A stretch of 64,000 bases of DNA from Arenicellales bacterium (GCA_963422685.1 OY730442.1:1991847-2055846); one strand, 5' to 3'. Shown: positions 18,323-31,131, counted from the stretch's first letter. Translations and numbers: made by a program. The notes: generated by a model not told the origin, from the letters alone.

Positions 18323-18793
18323 ATGCCAAGAAGAAGAGAAGTGCCGAAGCGCAAAATTTTGCCGGATCCCAAATTCAAGGATCAAACTATTGCAAAATTC
18401 ATTAACATCATGATGCTGGATGGCAAGAAATCTGTTGCCGAAAAGATCATGTATGGAGCGCTGGATATTATCAAACAACGTGGTCAGGATGACCCTGTAG
18501 AGACTTTCAATAATGCGTTGGAAAAAGTCAGCCCCAGTGTGGAAGTAAAAAGCCGACGGGTTGGTGGTGCCACTTATCAGGTGCCGGTGGAAGTACGACC
18601 AAATCGACAAATGGCATTGGCCATGCGTTGGCTGGTGGGTGCGGCGCGTAAGCGCAGCGAAAAATCCATGACTGCCCGCCTTGCAGGTGAGTTGATGGAT
18701 GCTTCTGATGCTCGCGGAAGCGCAGTGAAAAAGCGTGAAGACACGCTGAAAATGGCCGAAGCCAATAAAGCATTTTCGCATTATCGCTTCTAG
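18323..18793 (+). CDS. rpsG: 30S ribosomal protein S7
   Basis: [18 protein letters not shown]... is 156 aa, in canonical str operon order. Confidence 0.95.
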   Translation: MPRRREVPKRKILPDPKFKDQTIAKFINIMMLDGKKSVAEKIMYGALDIIKQRGQDDPVETFNNALEKVSPSVEVKSRRVGGATYQVPVEVRPNRQMALAMRWLVGAARKRSEKSMTARLAGELMDASDARGSAVKKREDTLKMAEANKAFSHYRF

Positions 18794-18810
18794 CACGACT
18801 CGTTATTACA

Positions 18811-20901
18811 ATGACGCGCAAGACCCCTCTCCATCGTTATCGCAATATTGGCATCATGGCGCACATTGATGCCGGCAAAACCACGACCACCGAGCGCGTG
18901 CTGTTCTATACCGGTCTTTCCCATAAGATTGGCGAAGTCCATGACGGCAATGCGGTAATGGACTGGATGGAGCAGGAGCAGGAAAGGGGAATCACGATTA
19001 CTTCCGCTGCCACAACCTGCTTTTGGAGCGGTATGGACAAAAGTCTGGCAGCGCATCGAATTAACATTATCGACACCCCTGGTCACGTTGATTTCACTAT
19101 CGAAGTAGAGCGCTCGTTACGAATACTGGACGGCGCAGTGGCTGTTTTTTGCGCAGTGGGTGGCGTAGAGCCGCAGTCAGAAACAGTTTGGCGACAAGCG
19201 GATAAGTATCAGGTGCCGCGCATGGCATTCGTTAATAAAATGGACCGAACCGGGGCTGATTTCTTGCGGGTAGTGGACCAGGTTAAATCCCGTCTCGGCG
19301 CGAATCCGGTTGTTATGCAACTGAATATTGGCTCCGAAGAAAACTTTAAGGGTGTCGTCGATCTGGTCAGGATGAAGGCGATTTACTGGAGTGAAGATAA
19401 CCGGGGGGTTGAGTTTGCATATCTCGACATTCCTGAAGGGCTGGTTGGGTTGTGCGATGAATACCGCGCAAAACTGGTGGAAGCGGCGGCAGAAGCAGAC
19501 GACGCCACGATGGACAAATATTTCGAACAGGGTGAGCTGAGCCAGGAAGAAATTAAACAGGGCATTCGTATTCGCACCCTCAGGAATGAAATCATTCCAG
19601 TATTTTGCGGGTCGGCTTTTAAAAACAAGGGTGTGCAGACCATGCTGGATGGTGTGGTTGATTTCCTGCCGAGCCCCATAGATGTGCCGGCCATCAGTGG
19701 TATTGCCGCAGACGGTGAGACGGAAATTTTGCGAAAATCTGACGATAATGAGCCATTTTCTGCCCTGGCTTTTAAAATCATGTCCGATCCGTTCTTCGGT
19801 CAGCTCATATTCTTCCGTGTTTATTCCGGCGCAATCAAAGCCGGGGATACGGTATTGAATTCCGTCAAGGGCAAAAAAGAACGTATCGGTCGAATCCTGC
19901 AAATGCACTCCAATCACCGCAAAGATATTAAAGAAGTTCGCGCGGGTGATATTGCGGCGGCTGTGGGTCTGAAAAGTATTACCACTGGCGATACATTATG
20001 CGCCACAGATTCGGAAGTGGTGCTGGAGAGAATGGAATTTCCCAATCCGGTTATTTCCCAGGCGGTAGAGCCCAAAACCAGAACCGATCAGGAGAAGCTC
20101 GGTATTGCATTGGGCAAGTTAGCGCAGGAGGATCCTTCATTTCGAGTTCACTCTGACCCGGAATCCGGCCAGACCATTATTTCCGGTATGGGTGAGCTGC
20201 ATCTGGAAATCATCATTGATCGCTTGAAAAGAGAGTTTAGTGTGGACGCCAATATCGGCAAGCCGCAGGTGGCTTATCGAGAGACCATTACGAAAATGAT
20301 CGAAATTGAGCATAAGTACGCCAAGCAAACCGGTGGACGCGGCCAGTTCGGGCATGTGTATGTACGTTTGCAGCCACAGGAAATGGGCGCGGGTTACGAA
20401 TTTGTTGACGAAATTAAAGGCGGCGTCATTCCCAAGGCATTTATTCCGTCAGTAGATAAAGGAATACAGGACGCGATGCAATCCGGTGTAGTAGCGGGTT
20501 ACCCGGTTATTGATGTGAAAGTCACATTGTTTTACGGTTCTTATCACGAAGTCGATTCGTCCGAGCATGCGTTTAAAGCGGCAGGGTCTATGGCCTTCAG
20601 AGAAGGTGCGAAGCAAGCGCACCCACAGTTGCTTGAACCGATGATGGCAGTAGAAATTGTTACTCCAGAAGAATACATGGGCGGTGTTAACGGTGATTTG
20701 AGTTCGCGCCGCGGCATCATCCATGAAATGGAAGATTCACCCGGCGGAAAAATTGTAAAAGCAGAAGTTCCGCTGTCGGAAATGTTTGGTTATTCAACCT
20801 CGTTGCGGTCAGCTACCCAGGGTCGGGCAAACTACACCATGGAGTTTAGAAAATATGCGCCGGTTCCTGAAAACGTCAGCGCTGCAATCAGAAATTATTA
20901 G
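18811..20901 (+). CDS. fusA: Elongation factor G
   Basis: The 696-aa protein has [22 protein letters not shown] and [13 protein letters not shown]. Confidence 0.97.
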   Translation: MTRKTPLHRYRNIGIMAHIDAGKTTTTERVLFYTGLSHKIGEVHDGNAVMDWMEQEQERGITITSAATTCFWSGMDKSLAAHRINIIDTPGHVDFTIEVERSLRILDGAVAVFCAVGGVEPQSETVWRQADKYQVPRMAFVNKMDRTGADFLRVVDQVKSRLGANPVVMQLNIGSEENFKGVVDLVRMKAIYWSEDNRGVEFAYLDIPEGLVGLCDEYRAKLVEAAAEADDATMDKYFEQGELSQEEIKQGIRIRTLRNEIIPVFCGSAFKNKGVQTMLDGVVDFLPSPIDVPAISGIAADGETEILRKSDDNEPFSALAFKIMSDPFFGQLIFFRVYSGAIKAGDTVLNSVKGKKERIGRILQMHSNHRKDIKEVRAGDIAAAVGLKSITTGDTLCATDSEVVLERMEFPNPVISQAVEPKTRTDQEKLGIALGKLAQEDPSFRVHSDPESGQTIISGMGELHLEIIIDRLKREFSVDANIGKPQVAYRETITKMIEIEHKYAKQTGGRGQFGHVYVRLQPQEMGAGYEFVDEIKGGVIPKAFIPSVDKGIQDAMQSGVVAGYPVIDVKVTLFYGSYHEVDSSEHAFKAAGSMAFREGAKQAHPQLLEPMMAVEIVTPEEYMGGVNGDLSSRRGIIHEMEDSPGGKIVKAEVPLSEMFGYSTSLRSATQGRANYTMEFRKYAPVPENVSAAIRNY

Positions 20902-20967
20902 CCAGTAGATATTTGATTCGGAAGAAAAAATTTACACGCAAAGAATGAGACCCCCAGGAGATAAACC

Positions 20968-22161
20968 ATGGTAAAAGCGAGATTTAGTCGGAGCAAGCCG
21001 CACGTAAACGTAGGCACCATAGGTCATGTAGATCATGGCAAGACGACCTTAACAGCGGCGATGACCAAAGTATTATCGGTGAAATACGGTGGTACGGAAG
21101 TCAAGGCATTTGATGAGATTGACAATGCGCCGGAGGAGCGTGAGCGTGGGATTACCATCGCCACCGCCCATGTTGAATATGAAACTGCGGTGCGTCACTA
21201 CGCCCACGTAGATTGTCCGGGGCATGCGGATTATGTAAAGAACATGATTACAGGAGCGGCGCAGATGGACGGAGCCATTTTGGTATGTTCAGCGGCGGAT
21301 GGTCCGATGCCGCAGACCCGGGAGCACATACTGTTGGCGCGTCAGGTAGGGGTGCCGTATATCGTTGTATATTTAAACAAAGCCGACATGGTAGACGATG
21401 AGGAGTTAATGGAGTTGGTAGAGATGGAAATCAGAGAGTTACTGGACAGTTATGAGTTTCCTGGGGATGACACCCCGGTCATTATTGGTAGCGCGTTAAA
21501 GGCGTTGGAAGGGGAGCAGAGCGAGATAGGCGAAGGATCGATACTGAAGTTAGCTGAAGCGTTGGATCACTACATTCCTGAGCCGGAGCGCAAGGTAGAG
21601 GGGGATTTTCTGATGCCGGTAGAGGATGTATTTTCCATATCGGGTCGTGGCACAGTGGTGACGGGTCGTATAGAGCGAGGTGTGATCAAGGTAGGGGAAG
21701 GAGTTGCGGTGGTAGGTATCAGGGCGACCATGAGCACGGTATGCACGGGCGTAGAGATGTTTCGCAAGTTATTGGACGAAGGTCAGGCGGGAGACAATGT
21801 AGGGATACTGTTGCGGGGGACGAAGCGTGAAGAAGTAGAGCGTGGGCAGGTATTAGCGAAGCCGGGATCGATCACGCCGCATACGCGTTTTGCGGCGGAG
21901 GTATACATATTATCGAAGGAGGAGGGGGGTCGTCACACGCCATTTTTCCAGGGATATCGGCCGCAGTTTTATTTTCGCACGACGGATGTAACGGGTACGT
22001 GTGAGTTAATGGCGGGTACAGAGATGGTGATGCCTGGGGACAATGTATCGTTGCGGGTAGAGTTAGGGTCGGCGATCGCGATGGAGGAGGGTTTGCGATT
22101 TGCCATACGCGAGGGCGGTCGCACTGTGGGCGCCGGGGTGGTGACTGAAATCATCGAATAA
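20968..22161 (+). CDS. tuf: Elongation factor Tu
   Basis: The 397-aa protein has [22 protein letters not shown] and [25 protein letters not shown]. Confidence 0.97.
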   Translation: MVKARFSRSKPHVNVGTIGHVDHGKTTLTAAMTKVLSVKYGGTEVKAFDEIDNAPEERERGITIATAHVEYETAVRHYAHVDCPGHADYVKNMITGAAQMDGAILVCSAADGPMPQTREHILLARQVGVPYIVVYLNKADMVDDEELMELVEMEIRELLDSYEFPGDDTPVIIGSALKALEGEQSEIGEGSILKLAEALDHYIPEPERKVEGDFLMPVEDVFSISGRGTVVTGRIERGVIKVGEGVAVVGIRATMSTVCTGVEMFRKLLDEGQAGDNVGILLRGTKREEVERGQVLAKPGSITPHTRFAAEVYILSKEEGGRHTPFFQGYRPQFYFRTTDVTGTCELMAGTEMVMPGDNVSLRVELGSAIAMEEGLRFAIREGGRTVGAGVVTEIIE

Positions 22162-22212
22162 AAGGTTCAATATATTCTTCAAATATAAAAGAATAGAGAG
22201 AAAACCCGGGTA

Positions 22213-22527
22213 ATGGTTGAAAATCAAAAAATTCGTATTAGCCTGAAAGCGTTCGACCACAAGTCAATTGATCGCTCGGCATTAGAGATCGTGGATACGG
22301 CCCGGCGTACCGGTGCGCTGGTGATGGGACCCATTCCATTACCTACCAAGATCGAAAAGTACACGCTTTTGCGCTCACCCCATGTTGATAAAAAGGCGCG
22401 AGACCAGTTTGAGATCAGAACCCATAAACGAATTCTTGACATCGTACAACCCACCGATAAAACCGTGGATGCACTGATGAAGCTGGACCTGGCAGCCGGC
22501 GTTGACGTTGAGATCAAACTGAACTGA
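22213..22527 (+). CDS. rpsJ: 30S ribosomal protein S10
   Basis: [23 protein letters not shown], 104 aa. Confidence 0.95.
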   Translation: MVENQKIRISLKAFDHKSIDRSALEIVDTARRTGALVMGPIPLPTKIEKYTLLRSPHVDKKARDQFEIRTHKRILDIVQPTDKTVDALMKLDLAAGVDVEIKLN

Positions 22528-22581
22528 CGGCAACCAGGCTACGAGCTAATAACAGCAGGTCAATAACAGCAGGTCAATAAA

Positions 22582-23328
22582 ATGTCACTGGGACTGGTTG
22601 GAAAAAAAATAGGTATGACCCGGATTTTTACCGAACAGGGTAGATCTCAACCGGTAACGGTCATAGAAGTTTTGCCGAACCGGATCACACAAATCAAAAC
22701 TCGGGCAGTGGATGGATATGACGGTTTGCAGCTCACCACGGGTGAGCGGCGTGCCAGCCGGGTAACCAGGGCGATGCAGGGTCATTTTGCTAAAGCGGGT
22801 GTGGAGCCGGGACGTGGTGTTTGGGAGTTTCGACTTGACACCCCGGTTGATACCGAACCGGGTAACGAGTTAACCGTTGGCTTGTTTGAGCAAGGTCAAA
22901 CAGTGGACGTGACCGGCCAGTCAATCGGCAAGGGTTTTGCCGGTGTTATGAAGCGTCATGGTTTCGCTGGTGGTCGTGCAACCCATGGCAACTCCAAAGC
23001 CCACAGACTGGGTGGTTCAATTGGTAATGCCCAGGACCCTGGCCGAGTATTTAAGGGCAAGAAGATGGCGGGCCATATGGGTGTTGCCCGAGTGGTTCAA
23101 CAAAATCTGGTTGTAGTGCGAGTGGATTGTGAACGGAATCTTATTTTGATTGCAGGCTCTATACCGGGCGCTAAAGGTTCGGACGTGATAATTCGCCCAG
23201 CGGTTAAATCCGATGGGGTGCTTTCGATTGCAAATCCGGGATTGATTGTGGTTAAAAAGGAAAACGACCGGTCAGCGCCCAATACGAATGCGGCATCAAC
23301 TGCGCCTGAAGCCGACCAGGCCAGATAG
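22582..23328 (+). CDS. rplC: 50S ribosomal protein L3 (with an atypical roughly 38-aa C-terminal extension)
   Basis: [20 protein letters not shown] is the canonical L3 start. The usual end (...IRPAVK) is followed by [39 protein letters not shown]. Confidence 0.9.
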   Translation: MSLGLVGKKIGMTRIFTEQGRSQPVTVIEVLPNRITQIKTRAVDGYDGLQLTTGERRASRVTRAMQGHFAKAGVEPGRGVWEFRLDTPVDTEPGNELTVGLFEQGQTVDVTGQSIGKGFAGVMKRHGFAGGRATHGNSKAHRLGGSIGNAQDPGRVFKGKKMAGHMGVARVVQQNLVVVRVDCERNLILIAGSIPGAKGSDVIIRPAVKSDGVLSIANPGLIVVKKENDRSAPNTNAASTAPEADQAR

Positions 23329-23352
23329 ACAGCAACCCAGGGGAAGACGCGA

Positions 23353-23976
23353 ATGACCGTGCAATTAAAAATAAACAATATCGCAGGTAGCGGGGTGGAA
23401 AACCTGGATCTGTCTGAGACCAGCTTCGGTGTGGAATATAACGAAGCACTTATACATCAAGTGGTTACAGCGTATCAAGCGGGTGGTCGCAGTGGCACCC
23501 GGGCCCAGAAAAACCGCTCAGCGGCGAGTGGCGGCGGCGCAAAGCCCTGGAGACAGAAAGGTTCGGGGCGCGCACGCGCAGGTACTATTCGCAGCCCGAT
23601 TTTCACTGGCGGCGGTCGTGCTTTTCCTGCCTCTACCCGGGACTTCTCACAAAAAGTGAACAGGAAAATGTATCGGGCCGCGATGCGCTCCATACTTTCC
23701 GAGCTGGCGCGGCAGAACAGATTGGTGGTGGTCGACGATTTCGCCATGGAAGCGCCTAAAACCAGATTGCTTCAGGATGTGCTTCTTAAACTGGGCGTGA
23801 CCCAGGCGTTGATAGTGACTGCCCGGGACAATCAAAATGCGGCGCTTTCAGCTCGAAATTTGAAATGGATTTCGGTTTGTAATAGCGGTGAAATTGATCC
23901 GGTAAGTCTGATTCGTCATGAAAAAGTGGTGATTACGGTGGACGCCGCCAAAAATATAGATGAGGCCTTCCAATGA
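23353..23976 (+). CDS. rplD: 50S ribosomal protein L4
   Basis: The 207-aa protein has GGGAKPWRQKGSGRARAGTIRSPIFTGGG. Confidence 0.95.
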   Translation: MTVQLKINNIAGSGVENLDLSETSFGVEYNEALIHQVVTAYQAGGRSGTRAQKNRSAASGGGAKPWRQKGSGRARAGTIRSPIFTGGGRAFPASTRDFSQKVNRKMYRAAMRSILSELARQNRLVVVDDFAMEAPKTRLLQDVLLKLGVTQALIVTARDNQNAALSARNLKWISVCNSGEIDPVSLIRHEKVVITVDAAKNIDEAFQ

Positions 23977-24332
23977 GGGTGCAAAAACGAAAAAGTATGC
24001 TTAAAGCCAATAAAGTGCAACCCGCTGTGCTGGATGGAGAACGGTTATATCAAATCATCCTTAAACCGGTGATTTCGGAAAAAACCACCCGTGCCGCCGA
24101 TAAAAATGGCCAGGTGGTTTTTCAGGTGACTGGCGATGCGAACAAATATGAGATTCGCCAGGCAGTGGAAAAATTATTTGAGGTAAAAGTGAAAAGCGTT
24201 CAGGTTGTGAACGTACCCGCAAAGCGCAAAAAACTCGGTCAAATCCAGGGTATGCGCAGCAGTTGGAAAAAAGCGTATGTTTGTTTGCAGGCAGGACATG
24301 ACATCGATTTTATCGGCATGACCGGGACTTGA
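23973..24332 (+). CDS. rplW: 50S ribosomal protein L23
   Basis: [24 protein letters not shown] and [16 protein letters not shown] identify L23. The start is either the ATGA overlap with the rplD stop (23973) or the internal ATG at 23997. I cannot decide between them from sequence. Confidence 0.85.
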   Translation: MRVQKRKSMLKANKVQPAVLDGERLYQIILKPVISEKTTRAADKNGQVVFQVTGDANKYEIRQAVEKLFEVKVKSVQVVNVPAKRKKLGQIQGMRSSWKKAYVCLQAGHDIDFIGMTGT

Positions 24333-24363
24333 CAAAATTCAAATCGGCAAACTCAGAATTGAA

Positions 24364-25188
24364 ATGGCATTAGTAAAACAAAAACCGACTACCCCGGGTC
24401 GTAGAGGTAAGGTTAAAGTTGTAACGCCGGATTTGCATAAGGGCAAGCCTTATGGGCCGTTACTCGAACCGAAGACGGCAATTAGCGGCAGAAACAACCA
24501 GGGCCGTATTACCGTGCGGCATCGTGGTGGTGGACATAAGCGTCATTATCGGGTGATCGATTTCAAGCGCAATAAAGACGGTATTGCCGCAACGGTTTTG
24601 CGTATTGAATACGACCCTAACCGAAGTGCGCATATCGCCTTACTGGTTTATGCAGATGGCGAGCATCGTTACATAATTGCCCCGCGTGGTTTGGCCGCAG
24701 GTGATACCGTGGTTTCCGGTTCTGGTGGCGGATATAATGTTGGTAACAGTATGCCGTTACGAAACATACCGGTCGGTACGGTGGTGCATTGTATTGAGTT
24801 AAAACCAGGTAAAGGCGCCCAAGTGGCCCGTTCGGCGGGTGCTGCGGTGCAATTCCTCGGCAAAGAAGGCGCTTATGCGCAATTGCGATTGCGTTCCGGC
24901 GAAATCAGAAAGGTGCATTTGGATTGTCGCGCTACCATAGGACAAGCCGGCAATTTGGAACAGGGTTTAGCCAAAATTGGTAAAGCTGGCGCAAAACGCT
25001 GGAGAGGTATTCGTCCCACGGTACGTGGTGTGGCCATGAACCCGGTGGATCACCCCCATGGTGGCGGTGAAGGTCGTACCTCGGGTGGCCGTGACCCGGT
25101 ATCGCCCTGGGGTACGCCCACAAAAGGCTATAGAACGCGATTGAACAAACGAACATCTTCCATGATTATCCGCAGAAGGAAAAAATAA
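24364..25188 (+). CDS. rplB: 50S ribosomal protein L2
   Basis: The 274-aa protein has [28 protein letters not shown] and [14 protein letters not shown]. Confidence 0.97.
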   Translation: MALVKQKPTTPGRRGKVKVVTPDLHKGKPYGPLLEPKTAISGRNNQGRITVRHRGGGHKRHYRVIDFKRNKDGIAATVLRIEYDPNRSAHIALLVYADGEHRYIIAPRGLAAGDTVVSGSGGGYNVGNSMPLRNIPVGTVVHCIELKPGKGAQVARSAGAAVQFLGKEGAYAQLRLRSGEIRKVHLDCRATIGQAGNLEQGLAKIGKAGAKRWRGIRPTVRGVAMNPVDHPHGGGEGRTSGGRDPVSPWGTPTKGYRTRLNKRTSSMIIRRRKK

Positions 25189-25190
25189 GC

Positions 25191-25463
25191 ATGCCACGCT
25201 CGATTAAAAAAGGTCCTTTTGTTGACCATCATTTGTGGGCAAAAGTCGAAAAAGCCAGACAAGAAAATTCGCGCAGACCGATTAAGACATGGTCACGACG
25301 TTCAATGATCATGCCTGAATTTGTGGGTATAACCATTGCTGTACACAATGGCCGCCAGCATGTGCCTGTACTGGTCAATGAAAACATGGTGGGTCATAAA
25401 CTGGGCGAGTTTGCTCCTACTCGTACTTACCGTGGACACGTCGCCAGTAAAAAAGCCAGGTAA
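25191..25463 (+). CDS. rpsS: 30S ribosomal protein S19
   Basis: [15 protein letters not shown], 90 aa. Confidence 0.95.
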   Translation: MPRSIKKGPFVDHHLWAKVEKARQENSRRPIKTWSRRSMIMPEFVGITIAVHNGRQHVPVLVNENMVGHKLGEFAPTRTYRGHVASKKAR

Positions 25464-25509
25464 ACCGGCTTGAGACCCTGTCAAGACAAGCGCAAAACAA
25501 GAGAATACG

Positions 25510-25896
25510 ATGCAAGTCAGATCAGTAACAAAATACGTCAGATTATCCGCGCAGAAAGGCCGCCTGGTGGCCGATCAAATCAGAACTCTTCCGGTCGAAA
25601 AGGCGTTGGAGATTCTGTCGTTCAGCCCTAAAAAAGGCGCAGTGCCGATGAAAAAAGCGCTGGATTCGGCGATAGCCAATGCAGAGCACAACGAAGGTGC
25701 TGATATTGATGATTTGTGGGTCAGTCAGGTGATGGTTGACGAAGCACCGACGATGAAACGGTTTCGGGCGCGGGCGAAAGGGCGCGGCACCCGGATTCTT
25801 AAGCGGAATTGTCACATCACACTGAGCGTGAGCGACGAGCCCGCCCGTAAAATTAACGGGCGAAAAATAATGAGCAATAAATCGAGCAGCAGGTAA
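25510..25896 (+). CDS. rplV: 50S ribosomal protein L22 (about 18-aa C-terminal extension)
   Basis: [14 protein letters not shown] and [22 protein letters not shown] identify L22. Its stop overlaps the rpsC ATG (TAATG). Confidence 0.92.
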   Translation: MQVRSVTKYVRLSAQKGRLVADQIRTLPVEKALEILSFSPKKGAVPMKKALDSAIANAEHNEGADIDDLWVSQVMVDEAPTMKRFRARAKGRGTRILKRNCHITLSVSDEPARKINGRKIMSNKSSSR

Positions 25897-26588
25897 TGGG
25901 TCAAAAAGTACAACCAAACGGTATTCGACTCGGCATAGTTAAAGACTTTAATGCGACGTGGTATGCAAGTAGTCATACTTATGCGGATACCCTGGCACAG
26001 GATCTGAAAATTCGTGAGTTTTTGACCAAACGCCTGAATAATGCGTCGGTGAGCAGGATTACCATAGATCGGCCAGCGCAAAATCTGAACATAACCATTT
26101 ATACGGCAAGACCCGGTATCGTCATCGGCAAAAAAGGCGAAGATATCGAGCGTCTTCGATTTGAGTTGACCAGAATCAACGGGAACCCGGTGCAAGTGGC
26201 CGTAGAAGAAATTCGTCGGCCTGAACTGGATGCAAAACTCGTAGCAGAAAATATTTGCCAGCAACTCGAAAAAAGAATCATGTTCCGGCGCGCCATGAAG
26301 CGCTCGGTTCAAAACTCCATGCGTCTGGGTGCGGAAGGCGTCAAGGTGATGTTGGCAGGGCGTTTGAATGGCGCGGAGATCGCCCGAACCGAATGGTACC
26401 GGGAAGGTCGGGTTCCGTTGCATACGTTACGTGCCGATATTGATTACGGCGTGCATGAAGCGCATACCACTTACGGGATTATTGGCGTTAAGGTCTGGAT
26501 CTTCAAGGGTGAGATTTTTGCACAGGAACGGCCAGCCGCCCGGGCCGCTGGACTGCCCGGCCCTGAATCCATTGTAAAAACTGCTTGA
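25896..26588 (+). CDS. rpsC: 30S ribosomal protein S3
   Basis: [24 protein letters not shown], 230 aa. Confidence 0.95.
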   Translation: MGQKVQPNGIRLGIVKDFNATWYASSHTYADTLAQDLKIREFLTKRLNNASVSRITIDRPAQNLNITIYTARPGIVIGKKGEDIERLRFELTRINGNPVQVAVEEIRRPELDAKLVAENICQQLEKRIMFRRAMKRSVQNSMRLGAEGVKVMLAGRLNGAEIARTEWYREGRVPLHTLRADIDYGVHEAHTTYGIIGVKVWIFKGEIFAQERPAARAAGLPGPESIVKTA

Positions 26589-26593
26589 TTTCC

Positions 26594-27007
26594 ATGCTCC
26601 AGCCTAAAAGAACAAAATTTCGTAAAATGCACAAAGGCCGCAACCGCGGCCTGGCCAGCCGTGGGAATCGCATTAGTTTCGGCGAGTTTGGGCTTCAGGC
26701 TTCCAGCAGAGGTCGGTTAACCGCCAGACAGATCGAAGCGGCTCGTCGCGCTATTACCCGTCATGTAAAACGGGGCGGCCGTATGTGGATTCGTATATTT
26801 CCAGACAAACCGGTCTCGAAAAAGCCATTGGAAGTGCGCATGGGAAAAGGAAAGGGTAATCCGGAATTTTGGGTGGCATTGGTTCAACCAGGCACCATGC
26901 TATATGAAATTGAAGGCGTTTCCGAGGGATTGGCACGAGAAGCTTTCAGGCTGGCCAGCGCCAAATTGCCCGTACAAACAACGTTTGCGCGACGCCAGGT
27001 GGGCTGA
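26594..27007 (+). CDS. rplP: 50S ribosomal protein L16
   Basis: [21 protein letters not shown] identifies L16. I chose the ATG at 26594 over the ORF-track TTG at 26585. Confidence 0.95.
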   Translation: MLQPKRTKFRKMHKGRNRGLASRGNRISFGEFGLQASSRGRLTARQIEAARRAITRHVKRGGRMWIRIFPDKPVSKKPLEVRMGKGKGNPEFWVALVQPGTMLYEIEGVSEGLAREAFRLASAKLPVQTTFARRQVG

Positions 27008-27009
27008 TA

Positions 27010-27207
27010 ATGAAAGCGGCAGAACTCAGATTAAAAAAAGCAGAAGACCTTCGGCAAGAGCTGATCGGTCTTAGAAAAGAACAGTTCAATCTGCGAATGC
27101 AGCGCGGCGCGGGTCAACTCGCCAACCCTGCGCGTTTCGGAATTGTGCAAAAAGATATTGCGCGGATTAAAACGGTCTTAAACGAGATGGCAGATGTCAC
27201 AAAATAA
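27010..27207 (+). CDS. rpmC: 50S ribosomal protein L29
   Basis: [31 protein letters not shown], 65 aa. Confidence 0.93.
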   Translation: MKAAELRLKKAEDLRQELIGLRKEQFNLRMQRGAGQLANPARFGIVQKDIARIKTVLNEMADVTK

Positions 27208-27225
27208 TTACAGCAGAAATCAATA

Positions 27226-27513
27226 ATGACTACAGAAACTACCATAGAAACCACGAAAGCGGGACAAACGTCCACGCGACTGATTCAGGGTAGCGTCATT
27301 AGTGCGGCTGGCGACAAGAGTATTACCGTATTGGTGGAGCGCAAGGTGAAACATCCATTATATAAAAAATATATACGACGCTCCACCAGGCTCCATGCGC
27401 ATGATGAAAATAATGCGTGCAAGGCAGGGGATACGGTCCGAATTGAAGCCTGCCGACCCGTGTCGAAAACCAAATGCTGGCGTTTGGTCGAAGTGATTGG
27501 CCGGGTCACCTGA
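27226..27513 (+). CDS. rpsQ: 30S ribosomal protein S17
   Basis: [40 protein letters not shown], 95 aa. Confidence 0.93.
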   Translation: MTTETTIETTKAGQTSTRLIQGSVISAAGDKSITVLVERKVKHPLYKKYIRRSTRLHAHDENNACKAGDTVRIEACRPVSKTKCWRLVEVIGRVT

Positions 27514-27536
27514 ACGTCGCATACCGGAGAAAAATC

Positions 27537-27905
27537 ATGATTCAAATGCAGTCCATGATGTCAGTAGCCGATAATAGCGGCGCCAAAAAGGTGATGTGCA
27601 TCAAGGTGCTTGGCGGTTCAAAGCGCAGGTACGCGGGCATTGGCGATATTATTAAAATTACGGTTAAAGAAGCGCTGCCCAATAGTCGGGTAAAAAAGGG
27701 TGATGTTTATGACGCGGTGATCGTTAGAACCCGAAGCGGTGTGCGGCGCCCAGATGGGTCTTTGATTCGTTTTGATAAAAACTCGGCTGTTTTGTTGAAC
27801 GCTGCGCATCAACCTGTCGGTACGCGGATTTTCGGTCCGGTAACACGGGAGTTGCGTTCAGAGAAATTCATGCGGATTATTTCTTTGGCTCCTGAAGTTT
27901 TATAG
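27537..27905 (+). CDS. rplN: 50S ribosomal protein L14
   Basis: [28 protein letters not shown] identifies L14. I moved the start to the ATG at 27537, giving 122 aa. Confidence 0.95.
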   Translation: MIQMQSMMSVADNSGAKKVMCIKVLGGSKRRYAGIGDIIKITVKEALPNSRVKKGDVYDAVIVRTRSGVRRPDGSLIRFDKNSAVLLNAAHQPVGTRIFGPVTRELRSEKFMRIISLAPEVL

Positions 27906-27946
27906 TCAAAAACAAGCCGGGCCAATTGAATTTAGAGACAAAATAA

Positions 27947-28267
27947 ATGCAAAGAATTAAAAAAAATGACGATGTAATCGTGACCGCCGGACGGGACAAA
28001 GGCAAACGCGGTAACGTATTGAAAGTTACCGAAGACGGTCGTGCCCTGGTGGACAATGTGAATCTGGTCAAACGCCATACCCGGGGTAATCCGAATACGG
28101 GTGAGGTTGGAGGAATTATTGAAAAAGAAGCACCCATCCAGCTTTCTAACATTGCCCTGTATAACCCGGTGACCAAAAAAGGCGAGCGGGTCGGATTCAA
28201 GGTATTGGAAGATGGGCGCAAAGTTCGCTATTTCAAATCAAACAACGAAGTGATTGACCTTGGCTGA
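27947..28267 (+). CDS. rplX: 50S ribosomal protein L24
   Basis: MQRIKKNDDVIVTAGRDKGKRGNVLKV, 106 aa. Confidence 0.93.
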   Translation: MQRIKKNDDVIVTAGRDKGKRGNVLKVTEDGRALVDNVNLVKRHTRGNPNTGEVGGIIEKEAPIQLSNIALYNPVTKKGERVGFKVLEDGRKVRYFKSNNEVIDLG

Positions 28268-28303
28268 TTGAAACCCGGGTATAGATTGGATATTTAAAAG
28301 AAA

Positions 28304-28843
28304 ATGGCCAGATTGCACCAAAAGTATAAAACTGAAATTGCGCCGAAGCTCCAGCAAGCACTCTCCTGCAAAAGCGCAATGCAGGTTCCCCGTATCACAA
28401 AAATTACCCTGAATACGGGTTTAGGCGAAGCCGTTGCGAATAAAAACGTATTACAAAGCGCCATGGCCGACCTTGAAAAAATTACTGGTCAGAAACCCGT
28501 AGTCACCCGCGCCAGAAAATCTGAAGCGGCTTTTAAGATCCGCGAGGGCTGGCCGATTGGTGTGAAAGTAACCCTGCGCAGCAGCCGGATGTATGAATTC
28601 CTCGACCGTTTGATTTCAGTGGCGATACCCAGGGTGCGGGATTTTCGCGGGTTGTCAAACAAATCATTCGACGGGCGTGGCAACTATGCGTTTGGCTTGA
28701 AAGAACAAATTGTGTTTCCTGAGATTGATTATGACAATGTTGATGCGTTGCGGGGGATGGATATTTGTATTACCACCTCGGCAAAAACCGATGATGAGGC
28801 TCGTGCCTTGCTGGGCGCGTTTAATTTCCCGATGAAGAGCTAG
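28304..28843 (+). CDS. rplE: 50S ribosomal protein L5
   Basis: [16 protein letters not shown] and [23 protein letters not shown], 179 aa. Confidence 0.95.
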   Translation: MARLHQKYKTEIAPKLQQALSCKSAMQVPRITKITLNTGLGEAVANKNVLQSAMADLEKITGQKPVVTRARKSEAAFKIREGWPIGVKVTLRSSRMYEFLDRLISVAIPRVRDFRGLSNKSFDGRGNYAFGLKEQIVFPEIDYDNVDALRGMDICITTSAKTDDEARALLGAFNFPMKS

Positions 28844-28846
28844 GTT

Positions 28847-29152
28847 ATGGCCAAAAAATCTATGATCGCCCGCGAGGTGAAGCGCAAAAAACTGGTCGCG
28901 ATTCACGCTGAAAAAAGAAAAGAGTTAGCCGGAATCATATCCAGCACCGACACCAGCGGAGCCGACCAGTTTCAGGCGATGATGGATTTGCAGAAACTGC
29001 CTCGGGACTCCAGTCCAAGCCGGAAACGAAACCGGTGTGCACTTACTGGTCGCCCAAGAGGAAATTACCGAAAATTCGGATTATGCAGACACAAACTAAG
29101 AGAAGTGATTATGCGTGGTGAAGCACCAGGTGTGGTCAAGTCCAGTTGGTAA
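28847..29152 (+). CDS. rpsN: 30S ribosomal protein S14
   Basis: [16 protein letters not shown]... and a C-terminus [27 protein letters not shown], 101 aa. Confidence 0.95.
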   Translation: MAKKSMIAREVKRKKLVAIHAEKRKELAGIISSTDTSGADQFQAMMDLQKLPRDSSPSRKRNRCALTGRPRGNYRKFGLCRHKLREVIMRGEAPGVVKSSW

Positions 29153-29208
29153 GTCAAACAAGTTTCAGGAAATTTGAGCACGAACACACTAAATAAGAGA
29201 TCGCAAAA

Positions 29209-29604
29209 ATGAGTATGTCCGATCCTATCGCAGATATGCTGACACGAATCCGTAACGGCCTGCAAGCGAACAAAATATCCGTGGCAATGCCGTCGTCAAA
29301 AAGCAAAATTGCGATTGCCGAAGTATTAAAGGATGAAGGCTATATCGCGGATTTTTCTGTGGCCGGAGACGGTGTCAAAAAGAGCCTTGCAATAGCATTG
29401 AAATACTTTCAGGGCGAGCCGGTTATTGAAGAAATCAGGAGAATCAGTATGCCTAGCTGCCGGGTTTATGCGAATAAAGACGACCTGCCTTCCATCAAAA
29501 ATGGTTTGGGCGTGGCGTTGGTCTCTACTTCTAAAGGTGTTTTGACCGATAAATCTGCCCGCCAGCAAGGCGTGGGCGGTGAAATAATCTGCACGGTTTT
29601 CTAA
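29209..29604 (+). CDS. rpsH: 30S ribosomal protein S8
   Basis: [17 protein letters not shown], 131 aa. Confidence 0.95.
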   Translation: MSMSDPIADMLTRIRNGLQANKISVAMPSSKSKIAIAEVLKDEGYIADFSVAGDGVKKSLAIALKYFQGEPVIEEIRRISMPSCRVYANKDDLPSIKNGLGVALVSTSKGVLTDKSARQQGVGGEIICTVF

Positions 29605-29668
29605 TCGAATATGTACCTTTGGATAACCCGCTGACAGCGGGAAAAAATTAATTATTTAGAACCGTAAA

Positions 29669-30214
29669 ATGTCACGAATTGCAAAAGCACCAATCGTTGT
29701 TCCATCTGGAGTCGAAGTAAAAATCGACAACGGTACAGTGACTGTGAAAGGCCCCAAGGGCGAAATGAGTCTGGATTTGTCCCCCGGCATTGGGCTGGTG
29801 GAGAGCGACGGCAAGCTGAATGTGCGCGTCACCGAAAGTACCCGAAAAACCAGCAGGCACCTCTCGTCCATGTCTGGCACAACCCGGGCATTGATCAATA
29901 ATCTGGTTGTCGGTGTGGCCACAGGATTTACGAGGAAACTCAGTATAGCAGGCGTTGGCTATCGTGCTCAGGCGCAGGGCAATAAACTGAATTTAAGTCT
30001 GGGTTTTTCTCACCCGGTGGTTTATGAACTTCCTCAGGGTGTCCAGGCTGAAACACCCACGCAAACCGAAATTATCCTGACTGGCGCGAATAAACAGGTT
30101 GTTGGGCAGGCCGCTGCCGAGCTCAGAGCATATCGGCCGCCTGAACCTTACAAGGGAAAAGGTGTGCGCTACGCGGATGAACATATCCTGCGAAAACAGG
30201 CCAAGAAGAAATAG
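29669..30214 (+). CDS. rplF: 50S ribosomal protein L6
   Basis: [32 protein letters not shown], 181 aa. Confidence 0.95.
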   Translation: MSRIAKAPIVVPSGVEVKIDNGTVTVKGPKGEMSLDLSPGIGLVESDGKLNVRVTESTRKTSRHLSSMSGTTRALINNLVVGVATGFTRKLSIAGVGYRAQAQGNKLNLSLGFSHPVVYELPQGVQAETPTQTEIILTGANKQVVGQAAAELRAYRPPEPYKGKGVRYADEHILRKQAKKK

Positions 30215-30233
30215 CCCGAACAAGAAAACGACT

Positions 30234-30590
30234 ATGGTAAACAAAAACAGCGCGAGACTGCGAAGAGCACGAAAATCGAGAGGTAAAATTGCCCGATTGG
30301 AAGCGGTGCGTTTATCGATATACCGCACCCCCCGACATTTCTATGCCCAGGTATTCGATCAAAACGGAGAGAGGGTATTGGCTTGTGCTTCCACCCTGAA
30401 TGCCGGGTTGCGCAGGAAATTGAAAAATGGCGGGAACAGTGAAGCTGCGATTGCCGTCGGCGAGATGCTGGCCAAAAATGCCATTGCAGCCGGGGTGGAA
30501 AAAGTTGCCTTTGATCGATCAGGTTATCTGTATCATGGTCGAGTCAAGGCATTTGCCGATTCGGCCCGGGCGCATGGGCTCAAATTTTAA
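30234..30590 (+). CDS. rplR: 50S ribosomal protein L18
   Basis: [19 protein letters not shown]...[15 protein letters not shown] identifies L18. I moved the start to the ATG at 30234, giving 118 aa. Confidence 0.95.
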   Translation: MVNKNSARLRRARKSRGKIARLEAVRLSIYRTPRHFYAQVFDQNGERVLACASTLNAGLRRKLKNGGNSEAAIAVGEMLAKNAIAAGVEKVAFDRSGYLYHGRVKAFADSARAHGLKF

Positions 30591-30621
30591 TAACTACATT
30601 TTTAAAACGGCTGAATTTTAA

Positions 30622-31131
30622 ATGGCTAAAGTACGAGAACGCGATAATGTGCGCAAAGACAATTATCAGGAACAACTGATAAAGGTCAGGCGTGTTTCAA
30701 AAGTGGTCAAGGGCGGCCGAATATTTGGTTTTTCTGCATTGACCGTGGTCGGCGATGGAGAGGGCCGGGTTGGAATGGGTAGAGGCAAGGCGCGTGAAGT
30801 GCCAGTGGCTGTGCAAAAAGCCATGGATGACGCTCGCCGAAATATGTTTAAAGTAAACATCAAGGGCGATACTTTGCAATACCCGATGATCGGCCGACAT
30901 GGTTCCGCGCGGGTGGTGCTACGACCTGCTGCCGATGGTACCGGGATAATCGCTGGCGGCACCATGCGGGCCGTATTTGAGGTTTTGGGCGTACAAAACG
31001 TGCTGGCCAAGGTGATTGGCACCACTAATCCGGTCAATGTCACCCGGGCAACCATTTCTGCTTTGAAAGGGATGCGCAGCGCCAGTTTTGTTGCGGCCAA
31101 GCGCGGCAAAGAAGCGGCGGGACTCAGATAA
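30622..31131 (+). CDS. rpsE: 30S ribosomal protein S5
   Basis: [43 protein letters not shown], 169 aa. Confidence 0.95.
   Translation: MAKVRERDNVRKDNYQEQLIKVRRVSKVVKGGRIFGFSALTVVGDGEGRVGMGRGKAREVPVAVQKAMDDARRNMFKVNIKGDTLQYPMIGRHGSARVVLRPAADGTGIIAGGTMRAVFEVLGVQNVLAKVIGTTNPVNVTRATISALKGMRSASFVAAKRGKEAAGLR

Noticed and set aside
29627-29647. The hairpin CCCGCT-gac-AGCGGG followed by an A-run in the rpsH-rplF spacer, as a terminator
   Set aside because: The A-run follows the stem on the coding strand, so it would terminate only antisense transcription. A 6-bp stem inside a ribosomal operon spacer is unremarkable.
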